Below are positions 40,377 to 50,991 of a stretch of DNA of 64,000 bases, one piece after another. Made by a program: the position numbers and the translations under genes. How positions within the stretch are numbered: the stretch's first letter is position 1; the number at the start of each line of letters is the position of its first letter. The stretch comes from Desulfosudaceae bacterium (GTDB taxonomy: Bacteria > Desulfobacterota > Desulfobacteria > Desulfobacterales > Desulfosudaceae). The notes beneath the pieces were generated by a model. It was not told the DNA's origin. It did no database searches and was given only the letters and a program-made list of their open reading frames with translations. The DNA lies in the NCBI GenBank assembly GCA_963674745.2, contig CAXXDV010000003.1, positions 1,728,001 to 1,792,000 on the forward strand, written 5' to 3'.

Positions 40377-41237
40377 ATGAAAACGTATCGGTTAATTTTA
40401 ATCACCTTAATGATCGGTATCGGTCTGACCCTGGGCATGAGTGATACTGTTCCGGCCAAAGATAAAAAGGCTGAAATTGTATATGTGGAATGGTCTTGTG
40501 CCACGGCTTCGGCCAACGTTGTCAAGGCTGTTATGGAAACTAAAATGGGATACGATGTAGAACTGACGCCCGTTAGTGCGGCCGCCATGTGGCAGGCCCT
40601 GGCCACCGGCGACGTGGATGCCTGTACCACCGCCTGGCTGCCGACCACCCACGGCCATTACTATGATAAAGTCAAAGACAAGGTCGAAGATGTGGGCCAC
40701 AATCTGGTCGGCACACGGATCGGGCTGGTCGTGCCCACCTATGTTACCATTGACTCTATTGCTGAGATTGACGCCAATGCCGAAAAATTTGACGGCCAGA
40801 TTACGGGTATTGATCCGGGTGCCGGCATCATGTCCAAAACAGAACTGGCCATGAAAGAATACGGCATGAAAAATATGGAACTGATGGAAGGCAGCGGCGC
40901 CATGATGACGGCTGTGTTAAAAGACAAGATCAAAAACAAGGAATGGGTTGTCGTCACCGGCTGGACCCCGCACTGGAAATTCGGCAAGTGGGATCTGAAA
41001 TACCTGGAAGACCCCAAAAACATTTACGGCGGTGCCGAGTATATTGACACCATCGTCCGTAAAGGCCTCAAAGAAGACAAGCCGGACATGTATGCTTTTC
41101 TGAAAAAATTTCAGTGGACCCCTGCAGACATTCAGACGGTTATGGCCTGGAATCAGGAAAAAAACGCAACACCTGAAGAAAATGCGCTGAAGTGGGTCAA
41201 GCAGAACGCGGACAAGGTAGCTGCCTGGTTACCGTAA
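40377..41237 (+). CDS. proX: Glycine betaine ABC transporter substrate-binding protein (OpuAC/ProX)
   Basis: Signal peptide; AWLPTTH, GIDPGAG, TGWTPHW, LEDPK. Confidence 0.92.
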   Translation: MKTYRLILITLMIGIGLTLGMSDTVPAKDKKAEIVYVEWSCATASANVVKAVMETKMGYDVELTPVSAAAMWQALATGDVDACTTAWLPTTHGHYYDKVKDKVEDVGHNLVGTRIGLVVPTYVTIDSIAEIDANAEKFDGQITGIDPGAGIMSKTELAMKEYGMKNMELMEGSGAMMTAVLKDKIKNKEWVVVTGWTPHWKFGKWDLKYLEDPKNIYGGAEYIDTIVRKGLKEDKPDMYAFLKKFQWTPADIQTVMAWNQEKNATPEENALKWVKQNADKVAAWLP

Positions 41238-41253
41238 AAATGGTTACAACTCA

Positions 41254-41282
41254 ACGGGGGGCGTTGCCCCCCCGTGTTTTTT
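41254..41282 (+). terminator. Rho-independent terminator
   Basis: GC stem acggggggc/gcccccccgt followed by a T run, just after the proX stop. Confidence 0.85.
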
Positions 41283-41545
41283 GTATCTTTACAATCTGTA
41301 TTGATGCCATCAAAAATCAGTAACAAATATTTTACGTGCTGCCTGCCTGAACTTTGTATTTCTCTGATACGGCCGAAAAATCTGCTGTGTAGTGTTTCTC
41401 ATTTAAAAAGCCGTTTAAACACAACGTCTAAGAAACCACCTGTCCGGTTCTGGTGTACCGGTATCCGGTGGAATACACGTTCTTTTTTCGGGCAGTATGT
41501 TGCCAGTCAGTTCATTTTATAATCTTTTTATGAAAGGGGAAAAAG

Positions 41546-42772
41546 ATGAAAAATAGCCGATTGTTTATCTTCTTTTTAGCTGGATTAATGTTATTGTGCC
41601 TGCCGATTGCTTCACCGGCTTTTCAAGTCGGCAATTTCAAAATCGGCGGCGCCATGCGGGTTAACTACACCTTCGGTGATTATAGTCCTGAACTCGATCG
41701 TTCCTCAAGGGCGGAAGACGATCGCGGTGCCGTTGCCCTGGACACCTTCAGGTTCAACCTGGGTTATGAAAACGGCCCCTGGATCGGAAAAGCCGAGTAC
41801 CGGTTTTATCCCGGATACGGCGCCAATAATCATGACAGCTATCACTTTCCGCATACCGGTTGGGTCGGGTATAATTTTGAAAACGGCAGCCAGGTTCAAG
41901 TCGGTCTGAACCGGGTCCCCTTCGGGCCGACTGCCTATGGCGTATCCCAGAGCTGGTTTTTCGATCAGCATTACTATGTGGGGCTGGCGGATGATATGGA
42001 TATCGGTGTTAAATACACAACATCGTTTGATGATTTGATCCTGGATATGGCCTTATACGCCTGTGACGAAGGAACGCATAACGGCGCCAATTTTTCCAGT
42101 GACAGCGTGCGCTATTCTTATGACGTGGTTGATGAAACCGGTGACGGGTATGAAGAGAGAAATCAGGTCAACCTGCGTGCCGTCTATCCGGTGGAAACCG
42201 GCGACGTCAAGGCTGACCTGGGTGTTTCGCTTCAATACGGACAGCTGAAAAGCAGGGGCCCCCAGCGTGACGGTGATCACTGGGCCGGGTCCTTACATGC
42301 CATCATCAAGTTTTCCGGATTTAACCTGACCCCGCAGTTGACTTATTATGCTTATGATGTCGACGATGAACAGCCCCTGGGAACCGGTGACCTGGTTCAG
42401 TTCGGCGCCTGGGATTTTCCCACCCTGGTCGCCGCCAGAGCCTATATTCCCGCTGTGTCCCTCAGCTACACCATCAAAACACCCCAGGTGGACTGGCTGA
42501 GCTACGTCGTGCCGTATGTTGAATACAGCAGCATTGTAAAATCGGAAAGCGGTTTTAATGACAGTGAGTTGTACACCATCGGGGCCGCCTGGGCCAACGG
42601 CGGCTGGTATATTTACACCGACCTGGTTTATTCCAATGGTAACGATTTCGTGGGGAACGAATCAGGCTACGGTGACAACCCGGCGCCGGGATTTTCCAGC
42701 AACCGTGTCGGCGCCAACCCGGAACATCACGGAGAATATCGTTTCAATATCAACTTTGGATATTACTTCTAA
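41546..42772 (+). CDS. Putative outer-membrane porin
   Basis: Signal peptide, amphipathic beta strands, C-terminal RFNINFGYYF; follows proVWX. Confidence 0.75.
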   Translation: MKNSRLFIFFLAGLMLLCLPIASPAFQVGNFKIGGAMRVNYTFGDYSPELDRSSRAEDDRGAVALDTFRFNLGYENGPWIGKAEYRFYPGYGANNHDSYHFPHTGWVGYNFENGSQVQVGLNRVPFGPTAYGVSQSWFFDQHYYVGLADDMDIGVKYTTSFDDLILDMALYACDEGTHNGANFSSDSVRYSYDVVDETGDGYEERNQVNLRAVYPVETGDVKADLGVSLQYGQLKSRGPQRDGDHWAGSLHAIIKFSGFNLTPQLTYYAYDVDDEQPLGTGDLVQFGAWDFPTLVAARAYIPAVSLSYTIKTPQVDWLSYVVPYVEYSSIVKSESGFNDSELYTIGAAWANGGWYIYTDLVYSNGNDFVGNESGYGDNPAPGFSSNRVGANPEHHGEYRFNINFGYYF

Positions 42773-42972
42773 TCCGAATATTTTATGAAATATCCGGGCT
42801 AAATCAATATTGTTCAAAATAGAAAAGATTTAATCCTGGACAATAGTGACGTTTAATTGACTGTTGAACCGGCAAAACCGATTATGTTATATCCACTGGG
42901 AGTATGTGAACGACCTGACGACCGGGTTGCTGAATGACTTTTATGGATAACAAAACATAATCGGTTGGGCCG

Positions 42973-43734
42973 GTGAACAATCAACTTTCCAATTTCTTTA
43001 TCCCCTCATGGCCGGTACTTTACGCCGATAATCATCTGCTGGCGGTTTACAAACCGGCCGGACTGCTGGTCCAGGGAGACCGCACCGGTGACATGACGAT
43101 GTTTGACCTGGCCAAACAGTGGGTCAAACAGCAGTACAATAAACCCGGCCAGGTATATCTCGGACTGGTCCATCGACTGGATCGGCCGGTGGCCGGCGTC
43201 ATTCTCTTCTGCCGCACGTCCAAAGCCGCCGGTCGTATCAGCGAACAATTCCGCACCGGGCAGACCCGAAAAAGATATATCGCCATTGTCGAGGGGAAAA
43301 TGGGAAAACCGGACGGCCGACTGGTCAATCATATTGAACGTCGGGGCAGTTCCGGCAGGATTGTGAAAAAGGCGACCGACAAATCCACCGAAGCCCGGCT
43401 TTCTTACCGATGCCTGGAGACACGCAACGACTCCAGCCTGGTTGAAATCGATCTTGAAACCGGCCGGCACCACCAGATCCGGCTGCAGTTCTCACATATC
43501 GGGCACCCGGTGATGGGCGACCTGAGATACGGTGCCTCCGCCCCCCTACCCCAAAAACAGATCGCACTTTTTGCCGAACGGTTGTCCGTCATGCATCCCA
43601 CCCTCGGGCAGGAACTGACCTTCACCTCTCCCCTGCCCCTTGATTGGCCCTGGCCCGGCCATGAACCCACGGCCGACGCCCCGCCCTGGAATTGGAGTCA
43701 AATTGAAAAGGTTTTAAGGTTCGAGGGTTTTTAA
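42973..43734 (+). CDS. RluA-family RNA pseudouridine synthase
   Basis: KPAGL, HRLDRPVAG, TGRHHQIR, GHPVMGDLRYG. Confidence 0.93.
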   Translation: MNNQLSNFFIPSWPVLYADNHLLAVYKPAGLLVQGDRTGDMTMFDLAKQWVKQQYNKPGQVYLGLVHRLDRPVAGVILFCRTSKAAGRISEQFRTGQTRKRYIAIVEGKMGKPDGRLVNHIERRGSSGRIVKKATDKSTEARLSYRCLETRNDSSLVEIDLETGRHHQIRLQFSHIGHPVMGDLRYGASAPLPQKQIALFAERLSVMHPTLGQELTFTSPLPLDWPWPGHEPTADAPPWNWSQIEKVLRFEGF

Positions 43735-43745
43735 TGTTCGGTATT

Positions 43746-43773
43746 GTAGGGGCGACCGGCGGGTCGCCCCTAC
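43746..43773. repeat. GTAG-type REP-like hairpin downstream of rluA
   Basis: gtaggggcgacc-ggcg-ggtcgcccctac, perfect 12-bp stem. Confidence 0.85.
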
Positions 43774-44126
43774 GCATGGACCATTGCCGTCGGGGCCGCC
43801 TCTTCAACTCATCTCCAAATAATTCCAATAACAACAATGAAACGTTTTATCAGTGGATAATTGCAAATATTTGAAACACCACGCAAGAATGTCATTTCGT
43901 CGGATAATTTAAAAATCGTAATAGCGTTGTCTAAACATAGGGGCACCTCTAAAATTAGAATTTTGGTTCGAGGGGTCAAGTAAACAGCCACAACAGCTCC
44001 TTGAGTCCTTGTACCCTTGGTCCCTTTTGCAAGGTGCAGGAGGCTATAAGTGTAGTGGAGGGCTTCAGCCAGTAAAATTGTAAGGGTTGACGAAAGCAAA
44101 TGAGACGGGCGTGATTGGAGATGAAT

Positions 44127-46424
44127 TTAACGGTTTTTCGACAAGTTCTGGTAAAAAGCGGTGTGACGAAGATTGTTCAAATCCGTATCTGAAAGTAAAA
44201 GGTCCCAGTTGTCATAGCCTTTTTCAACGGCATTTTTGAGAGCAGTTACGGCCTTGTCGATCTGGTTTTGCCTGGCATAAAGGCACGCTAAATTATAATC
44301 GATCGATGGGTCATGCGGCATCAGCATGGAAAGATGCTGGAATTGTTTTGTAGCAAGGTCGTTGTCTTCAATCAAGGCATATAAATTTCCTAATCTGTAA
44401 AGCAATTCCGGGCGACTGCCGGTGTTGCTTAAAATTGTTTCCAACCGGTTGATCTCAGATCGTACGGTTTCGATTTTGTGTTTAATTTTTTCCAGATTTG
44501 CTTGAGCCAGGGTGTAGGTGTTGTCTATTGAGAGGGCTCTACTGATGCAATCCTTGGCCTGAAGAATACATCCGTTTTGGAAAAAGGATATTCCGAGGTT
44601 GTTTAGGGCTTCAGTGGACCGGGGATTCACACTTAAGGCTTTCTGAAAATAGTAGATGGCATTGCCGGTTTCCCCGGTTTTTTGGCACAATGCACCAAGA
44701 TCGATGTAAGTCGTTTCAGAATGAGGATTCAACCTTAAAACCTGTTCCAAATGGTGTCTCGCCAGGGCATAGTTACCGGTTTGCATATATGCCAAGCCCA
44801 GGAGAGAATGGGCAGTTTCTGAATCGGGATTGATTCTGACTGCCTCACTGAAATGTTTTACGGCTTTGATTATCTGCTGGTCTCTTTGAAGAGCTTTTCC
44901 CAGACAGATCCGCGCTTCTTCATTATCGGGATCAAGGCTGACGGCTTCCCGGAAATATGTTAGGGCTTCATCAGGCCGATTTTGGTTTAACCATAAAGTG
45001 CCCAGATTGATAAAGGGCGAAATATAGTTACGATCCAATCGTCTTCCCAACGCAATCGCTTTCTGATAATGATTGATCGCCATTTCGACTTGTCCGGCTT
45101 TTTGAAAAGAAGCTCCGAGATTAGTATGGACGATTGGAGAATAAACATTTTTCCGGGCACAGTCCTGAAATATGCCGATATCGGATGACCACAAAGCGTT
45201 CCTTTGCCATGTCCAGATGCTACAGGTAGCAATCAAGAAGGTCAACAAACCGGTTACGATCCATTCTGACCTGATATATCGATATAGCAGGTATACTAGT
45301 AATATAGGGATGAACATGGAAGGGAGATAGGTCCGGTGTTCGAAAATGAGGGCCAACGCGATCGCAGAGCTCTCAAGAACCAGGTTGATTAAAAACCAGA
45401 CAAGGGTAAAAGAGAACAAACGGCTTCTTCCGGCTAAGTATACGGCTGAAAAAACCATCAGGGACAAGGCCACCAGAGCAAGGAGAGTGGTCAATGGATC
45501 AGTCAGCCCGTACGAAAGGGGAAAATCGTAGAGCAGGTTTAATCGGGCGGGATGGGGGAAAAACAGTAATGACAGGTAATAAACAATCACCTGCGGTTCA
45601 GTCAACAGGCGTTGAGCCGGTTTAAACCCCAGGGTATTTTCAAATTTATCCCGCATCATATCCAAGAAAGAACTGTTGACGAGGTAGAGGGCTGTGGCAA
45701 TCAGCAATGCCAAGATTATTATAGCAATCCACCGTAATTGCCCCTTTAACCAGGCGGGGTCGAGACGCTGAAAAAAGTACCATTCATAGAGAAAAATCAA
45801 GGCCGGCAGGGTGACGGTAATCTCTTTTGAAGCCATTCCTAAAAGACCGGAGAGAAGACAGAGCGCGTAAAGTATGTACCGCCGGACACGGTGTTTCCCG
45901 GCCATGGTATCCACCATCCGGGCACGGATGTAGAAGAAGATCGTCAGCATGTAGAACATGGTCGCCAGGGATGTCATGCGCTGAACAATATAGGTAACCG
46001 ACTGGGTGTGAACGGGGTTGACCGACCAGAGGGCGGCGGCCAGAAATGGAGCCCAGGTGTTTTGAACTTTGCACAGGCTGAGAGTTTCCCGGGCGATTAA
46101 AAATAACAGCAGAGCCGTGATGGTATGGATGATCAGGTTGACTACATGGTAACCTCTGACATCATAGCCGTGAAAATAGTAGTTGATGGCAAAACTAAGG
46201 TTGGCCACGGGTCGGCGGGGGTTTATGCATTTAAACATGGATGTAACGATGTCGGGGGTAAGGGAGGTCATCCGAATGTGGGGGTTCTCGAGGATATTGT
46301 TTGTGTCGTCATATTTAAAGGGCGCGTTGAACGTATTGGCGTAGGCCAGTAAAACGAGTGTAATCAAGGTGATCATGGCCACAGCAGTCTGCTTGGGCTT
46401 GGCGCCTGAGAAGAGTCCTGTCAT
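44127..46424 (-). CDS. TMTC-like GT-C glycosyltransferase (putative protein O-mannosyltransferase) with TPR repeats
   Basis: FKYDD..I..N, RPV, YHVVNL..H, PVHTQSVTYIVQR, SKE, EHRTYLP; about 11 TM followed by multiple TPRs. Confidence 0.85.
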   Translation of the reverse strand: MTGLFSGAKPKQTAVAMITLITLVLLAYANTFNAPFKYDDTNNILENPHIRMTSLTPDIVTSMFKCINPRRPVANLSFAINYYFHGYDVRGYHVVNLIIHTITALLLFLIARETLSLCKVQNTWAPFLAAALWSVNPVHTQSVTYIVQRMTSLATMFYMLTIFFYIRARMVDTMAGKHRVRRYILYALCLLSGLLGMASKEITVTLPALIFLYEWYFFQRLDPAWLKGQLRWIAIIILALLIATALYLVNSSFLDMMRDKFENTLGFKPAQRLLTEPQVIVYYLSLLFFPHPARLNLLYDFPLSYGLTDPLTTLLALVALSLMVFSAVYLAGRSRLFSFTLVWFLINLVLESSAIALALIFEHRTYLPSMFIPILLVYLLYRYIRSEWIVTGLLTFLIATCSIWTWQRNALWSSDIGIFQDCARKNVYSPIVHTNLGASFQKAGQVEMAINHYQKAIALGRRLDRNYISPFINLGTLWLNQNRPDEALTYFREAVSLDPDNEEARICLGKALQRDQQIIKAVKHFSEAVRINPDSETAHSLLGLAYMQTGNYALARHHLEQVLRLNPHSETTYIDLGALCQKTGETGNAIYYFQKALSVNPRSTEALNNLGISFFQNGCILQAKDCISRALSIDNTYTLAQANLEKIKHKIETVRSEINRLETILSNTGSRPELLYRLGNLYALIEDNDLATKQFQHLSMLMPHDPSIDYNLACLYARQNQIDKAVTALKNAVEKGYDNWDLLLSDTDLNNLRHTAFYQNLSKNR

Positions 46425-46922
46425 GTTAATTTTATCGCCCCTGAGCGTGTAGCGTATTAAATACAAGCGTAAAATAATAAAAAGTTAAATGCGCCTTTTT
46501 TCCGTCCGGCTGATAGTCTTTTTTTCCTAAACACCTGAAGCCGAAATTTCCATAAGTTTTCTAAAAAAGCCGAACAAAAAATAAACAGAAGAAGTTATTT
46601 TATGGTCATCATCTATAGCAAGACATCTCTTGATGTGTCAATATTTTCCAGCTGCTATATGTTGATCGGCTTTTGGAGAAAATGACTTTGAATTATATAA
46701 AAGTCCATAATATCCGGTTTTGCTTTTTAACAGAGATTTTGAGCTCACTTGGATCATCTTTGGCGAACTAATGAAATATCCGGGTTAGCGTTTCAGCTTT
46801 TTGGAATGTGAGTATGTGGTTCGCGCTCCAACCTGCGTCTTCGGATCCAGTGATATAGACAACTTATTATTACTCGGAAAGAAGTTAAATGTTTTCTGAT
46901 TACACGGATGGCTCAAATTTTG

Positions 46923-46967
46923 AAAAAAACATTTCGTCTATAAAATCCGTGCAATCCGTGTCAAAAT
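46923..46967. repeat. 45-bp dispersed repeat, copy 1 (copy 2 at 57069-57113)
   Basis: aaaaaaacatttcgtctataaaatccgtgcaatccgtgtcaaaat; 40/45 identical to copy 2 by manual alignment. Confidence 0.85.
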
Positions 46968-46975
46968 CGATCTTG

Positions 46976-48148
46976 TCAAACCGTTACTCTGTTCCGCCCC
47001 TTCTTTTTCGACTTATAAAGGGCTACATCCGCATCTTTCATGACTTTGGTAAGGCTTTTGCCGTCACAGGAATCGCCGGCACCGAAGCTCATGGTGATTT
47101 TGATGTTTTTTGATTTGGCCGGTTTTGATTTAACACCGGTTTTCTTATATTGTTTTCTGCTTTTGCGATTTCGAACGGTAAAGGGGGTTTGCGCGATTTT
47201 CATTCTAATGTGTTCAAGATGTTCGGCTGTGTCCTTTTTGTGTTTACCATTAAAAACAATAACAAACTCCTCACCACCGAACCGGAATGTTTTGCCCCCG
47301 CCACCAACCGTCGACAGAGCCCTGGCAACCAGTTTAAGCACCTCGTCGCCGGTGTCATGTCCGTAAGTATCATTGAACTTCTTGAAATGATCTATATCCG
47401 CCATGGCAATGGTGTATTTTGACCCCAGGGATGCCGTATACTCATTATATGCCCTTCTTCCCGGCAGCCCGGTCAGTTCATCAACGTAAGAGATGGTGTA
47501 AATGGAAGACAGTGTCCCGATAAACATCATCACACAAACAGCCAGCATGTTAAGCGCTGCCATTTCCATGCCCAGCGCGAAAAGCACGGTAAGCCCGAAA
47601 ACAGCACCCATTGCAAAAGATATATCGTAACTTCTGCCACGGACAATATTTCTAATTGCCGCGATCAGTAACAGCAAAAAGGGTAATATCGCGTAGGGCA
47701 GATATACAATTAAATGGAGATATTTTATAACGGGCTTTTCCAGTGCCTGATAAAAAGCATCATTATAAACCGTAAAGTAGTAAAGCAGACCGATCTGGAG
47801 AAGAATAAGAACAATCTTTTTTAATCCATGAATGGAAAAAACACCGCGTTCACTGGCGCTGGTCAGAAACAGAATATTCAACGAGAGTATAATCAGAAAC
47901 TCATTTTCAGGGATGGCGGCAAGACCGGGAATCCGGTTTTTAAAAAACCAGGCCAGCATAAGGACAAGCATAAAAGAGACCCGGCTTTTATTGAACCGCA
48001 GGCAGACCATAAACGTCAGACCGGCCAGAATGACAACCAGATTCGAAGAAATCTTCAGGTAATCTTTAATAAAAACAAAGTGCTGACTGAAACAGACAAT
48101 TACCGCGGAAACGATGATGAAAATGGCGGAAAAGATGCTTTGTTTCAT
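46976..48148 (-). CDS. Membrane-bound diguanylate cyclase (GGDEF)
   Basis: Multi-TM N-terminus; DELTGL, DIDHFKKFNDTYGH..GD, RFGGEEF, ADVALY.SK..GRN. Confidence 0.92.
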   Translation of the reverse strand: MKQSIFSAIFIIVSAVIVCFSQHFVFIKDYLKISSNLVVILAGLTFMVCLRFNKSRVSFMLVLMLAWFFKNRIPGLAAIPENEFLIILSLNILFLTSASERGVFSIHGLKKIVLILLQIGLLYYFTVYNDAFYQALEKPVIKYLHLIVYLPYAILPFLLLLIAAIRNIVRGRSYDISFAMGAVFGLTVLFALGMEMAALNMLAVCVMMFIGTLSSIYTISYVDELTGLPGRRAYNEYTASLGSKYTIAMADIDHFKKFNDTYGHDTGDEVLKLVARALSTVGGGGKTFRFGGEEFVIVFNGKHKKDTAEHLEHIRMKIAQTPFTVRNRKSRKQYKKTGVKSKPAKSKNIKITMSFGAGDSCDGKSLTKVMKDADVALYKSKKKGRNRVTV

Positions 48149-48182
48149 AAAAAACGTCTCAAGAAAAGTCTTTTCGATATAC

Positions 48183-49160
48183 TCAGGCCGTTATCCGCCA
48201 GCAGCGGTGAATGGGTGTTTTGCGTTTTTGATAATCTTCCGGAATGGTAGCCGACGTGATTTCCCGTATTTCTTTTGCCTTGAGCCCCTCCATGCGGGGT
48301 GTGAAATCCTGATGATTGGTGGAAAAAAAGATTGTCGCCCCGCTTCTCATAAGGGCCAGGGTCATCCCAAGCAGCCGGGGATGATCCCTGACGATATCCA
48401 TGTTATGGGCACCGTCCCGACTGGTGGCAAAAGACGGCGGATCCACCACTGCCAGGTCAAACCGTTGCTGATGATCAGCAGCCGCCTGTTTCAGAAAGTC
48501 AAAGACATGGGATTGGATCTGAACATGTCCCTTTTGAGGGATCTTGTTCAAGGCCAGATTTTCCCGCGTCCAGCGGATGGCGGTTTTAGCCCGGTCCACG
48601 GAAATGGTCGAGCCGGCGCCGCCTTTGGCCGCGTAACAGGTAAACGCGCCTGAATAACAGAAAAGGTTCAAAAAGTCTTTTCCTTCTGCCATTTCACGGA
48701 CCATCTGCCGGGTATCACGATGGTCGCCAAACAGGCCGGTGTCCACGAAATCATCCAGGTTGACGTAAAATTTCAGATCCCGTTCCGACATGGCAATCTT
48801 TTGTTCGGTCCGGGCCAGCCGCTCATAACGTTTCTTGCCGGGCCCTGAGGTAGTGCCGGTATGCCTTTGTTTGAGATGGGTCTTCTCAACCGGGACATCC
48901 AGGGCGTCAGCTACAGCCCGGCCCATCATGGGCAGCCATTCAGGGGTGGATTGTTTGCGGGTATATTCGCCGATCACCAGGTGACCGCCATACCAGTCGA
49001 CAACAGCCCGGATTTCGGGTATGTCCCAGTCGTAAATGCGAAAAATTTCGATATTCTGACGGGAAAAACGTTTTTTTAAATGCCGATACTGCTTTATGGC
49101 CCGGTTGGCCAGCATTTCAGCCTGTTGCCGGTACTTTTTTTCTAACGCAGCATCAAGCAC
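48183..49160 (-). CDS. Stand-alone RlmK-like 23S rRNA methyltransferase (C-terminal half of RlmKL)
   Basis: FRIYDWDIPE, VNLDDFVDTGLFGDHR, FLNLFCYSG, DPPSF, FSTN. Confidence 0.82.
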   Translation of the reverse strand: MLDAALEKKYRQQAEMLANRAIKQYRHLKKRFSRQNIEIFRIYDWDIPEIRAVVDWYGGHLVIGEYTRKQSTPEWLPMMGRAVADALDVPVEKTHLKQRHTGTTSGPGKKRYERLARTEQKIAMSERDLKFYVNLDDFVDTGLFGDHRDTRQMVREMAEGKDFLNLFCYSGAFTCYAAKGGAGSTISVDRAKTAIRWTRENLALNKIPQKGHVQIQSHVFDFLKQAAADHQQRFDLAVVDPPSFATSRDGAHNMDIVRDHPRLLGMTLALMRSGATIFFSTNHQDFTPRMEGLKAKEIREITSATIPEDYQKRKTPIHRCWRITA

Positions 49161-49207
49161 TTCGCATTCTCACAAATAATGAACCGGATAAGCACCCGAT
49201 ATTAAAG

Positions 49208-50794
49208 TTACATCCCCATACCCGCGATATTGGGTATCTCCATGCCATGATGAAACAGGTAGGCGACAATGATCGCCACCGGAATAATAAACAGGAACAG
49301 AGAGACAAAATAGACCCAGACCATACGGCCGAATTTGGCCTCAGCCAGTTTTTTAAAATCCGTGATAACGCCCAGGCTCATAAATGTCAGCATGAACAGC
49401 AGCGTCCGCAACCCTTTCTCAACCGGTACCGCACCCGCCTTGACCGCTTTAAGCGTACCCAGTCCTTCCGGTGCCCCGGCTCCGGCTGAAAAGAAAATCC
49501 CCAGCAGAATAAACCAGGTGGCAAAATAACCAAGTACAAACTTGGGAAAACGGTGCCAGACCTCCGAGGCCGGCACGGTTTCACCTGGCCGCCGTTCCAC
49601 TACATAAACCCAGACCAGCGCCAGCACAAAGGCCCATAGACCGATAAACATATCTATCCAGACCTTGGTCATGACGGCGCTGGCCGTGATAATGCCTTCC
49701 GGCCAGACGACAGCGCCATTGGTTTCGGCGGTCACTTTATTGCGCATGAACACGTCCAGCAGTTCACCGGCGGCCGCGTCGGCGCCATCGGTTTTAACCG
49801 CCATACCCATAGCGGAACCGGCCACCAGCGGATCAGCCGTCTGGGGCCAGACATGAGTGAAAAAACCGGGCAGAACAACCAGTTCGATGACCGCCCAGAC
49901 CACCACCAGAGCTGATACCATGATCGGAACCACCGGTTTGGCCCGCACTGCCCCACCGGTAGCCACGGCGGCTGATACACCGCAGATGGAAATACCGGAA
50001 CCCAGTACAGCAGCGGTTTTGCGCGGCAACTTGAAAATCAGCCGGGCAATCGTGTACACCCCGGGCCAGAAGATCAGGTAGGCCACAATGGTAGCCACCG
50101 CACCGGCGATAAACAATTCACCGGTCAGCCCGGCCATTTTCTGCCCCAGTTCGGCGGAGGTGGCTGCGGCTTTAATCGGCAGGTACCCGATCTTCACTCC
50201 CAGAAAAACAATCGCAGTCTTGATATACCATTCGGGCTTGGCGGCTTCGGATAAAAATTTGGAAAACCCTTTGAATAAATTACCGATGATCAGCCCCACG
50301 GTCAGGGCCAGAATATAAGAAGCGCCACCACCAAGCGAAAGGCCGAACGGCAGACCGTATTTATCCCACTGAAGTTTGGTCGTAGTGAAAAAGGCATGGT
50401 GTCCGATAAACCAGACCGCAATGGTTAAGAAATAAAGGACCGTCCAGCCGAGAAAAAACTGTTTCAGATTCCATCTCATGCAGGCAGCGCCGATACAGGT
50501 CAAGACCGTTAAGACAACATAAGTAAAGAGGATACTCCACCAGCCCAGGGTGCCGTAAAAATCTTTGGCCGTGTTGCTGTATTTCCCGCCCAGGGCGTAA
50601 AAGGCCTTGCTGATGGCGCCGGTACCGTTGACCGGTTCAAATACCCAGGCCGAAGGATAAACGGCCCAGCCGACCAGATCAATATCAACCAGAGACAAAA
50701 GCCCCATGGCGAACAGAAAAAGGCCCATCCACACGGCCCACCAGTCTTCCTGGGAAAGCATCCCGGAATACCACTTACGATTTATTGCCGTCAT
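49208..50794 (-). CDS. YeiH-family (putative sulfate exporter) membrane protein
   Basis: EDWWAVW, PEWYIKTAIV, SGISICGVSAA, KTDGA, RFPKFVLG; RBS gggggag. Confidence 0.85.
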   Translation of the reverse strand: MTAINRKWYSGMLSQEDWWAVWMGLFLFAMGLLSLVDIDLVGWAVYPSAWVFEPVNGTGAISKAFYALGGKYSNTAKDFYGTLGWWSILFTYVVLTVLTCIGAACMRWNLKQFFLGWTVLYFLTIAVWFIGHHAFFTTTKLQWDKYGLPFGLSLGGGASYILALTVGLIIGNLFKGFSKFLSEAAKPEWYIKTAIVFLGVKIGYLPIKAAATSAELGQKMAGLTGELFIAGAVATIVAYLIFWPGVYTIARLIFKLPRKTAAVLGSGISICGVSAAVATGGAVRAKPVVPIMVSALVVVWAVIELVVLPGFFTHVWPQTADPLVAGSAMGMAVKTDGADAAAGELLDVFMRNKVTAETNGAVVWPEGIITASAVMTKVWIDMFIGLWAFVLALVWVYVVERRPGETVPASEVWHRFPKFVLGYFATWFILLGIFFSAGAGAPEGLGTLKAVKAGAVPVEKGLRTLLFMLTFMSLGVITDFKKLAEAKFGRMVWVYFVSLFLFIIPVAIIVAYLFHHGMEIPNIAGMGM

Positions 50795-50823
50795 TTATTC
50801 TCCCCCTGATATCACCAAAATTG

Positions 50824-50945
50824 ATGGCTTCGTAAACAGCCCAATATCTTCGTTGTGCTGCATCCTTCGGAATTTCACGTACTTTTATGTACGCTGCATT
50901 CCTCAGGATTTGCACGCCTTGATCTTGAACTTTTTACTTTGCCAT
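50824..50945. mobile_element. About 120-bp MITE/REP-like palindromic element
   Basis: Imperfect terminal inverted repeats atggcttcgtaaa..caatatc / gatcttg..tttactttgccat plus nested stems (atcct/aggat, cgtac/gtacg). Confidence 0.55.
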
Positions 50946-50991
50946 ACAAATTAGACTTTTTTCGGTTCAATATAATTGAAAGTACGACACG

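Noticed and set aside
43809..44124. 10-bp inverted repeat tcatctccaa/ttggagatga bounding about 310 bp as a MITE, and the 96-aa ORF inside it
   Set aside because: Short match, no clear target-site duplication, and the ORF has no recognisable motif
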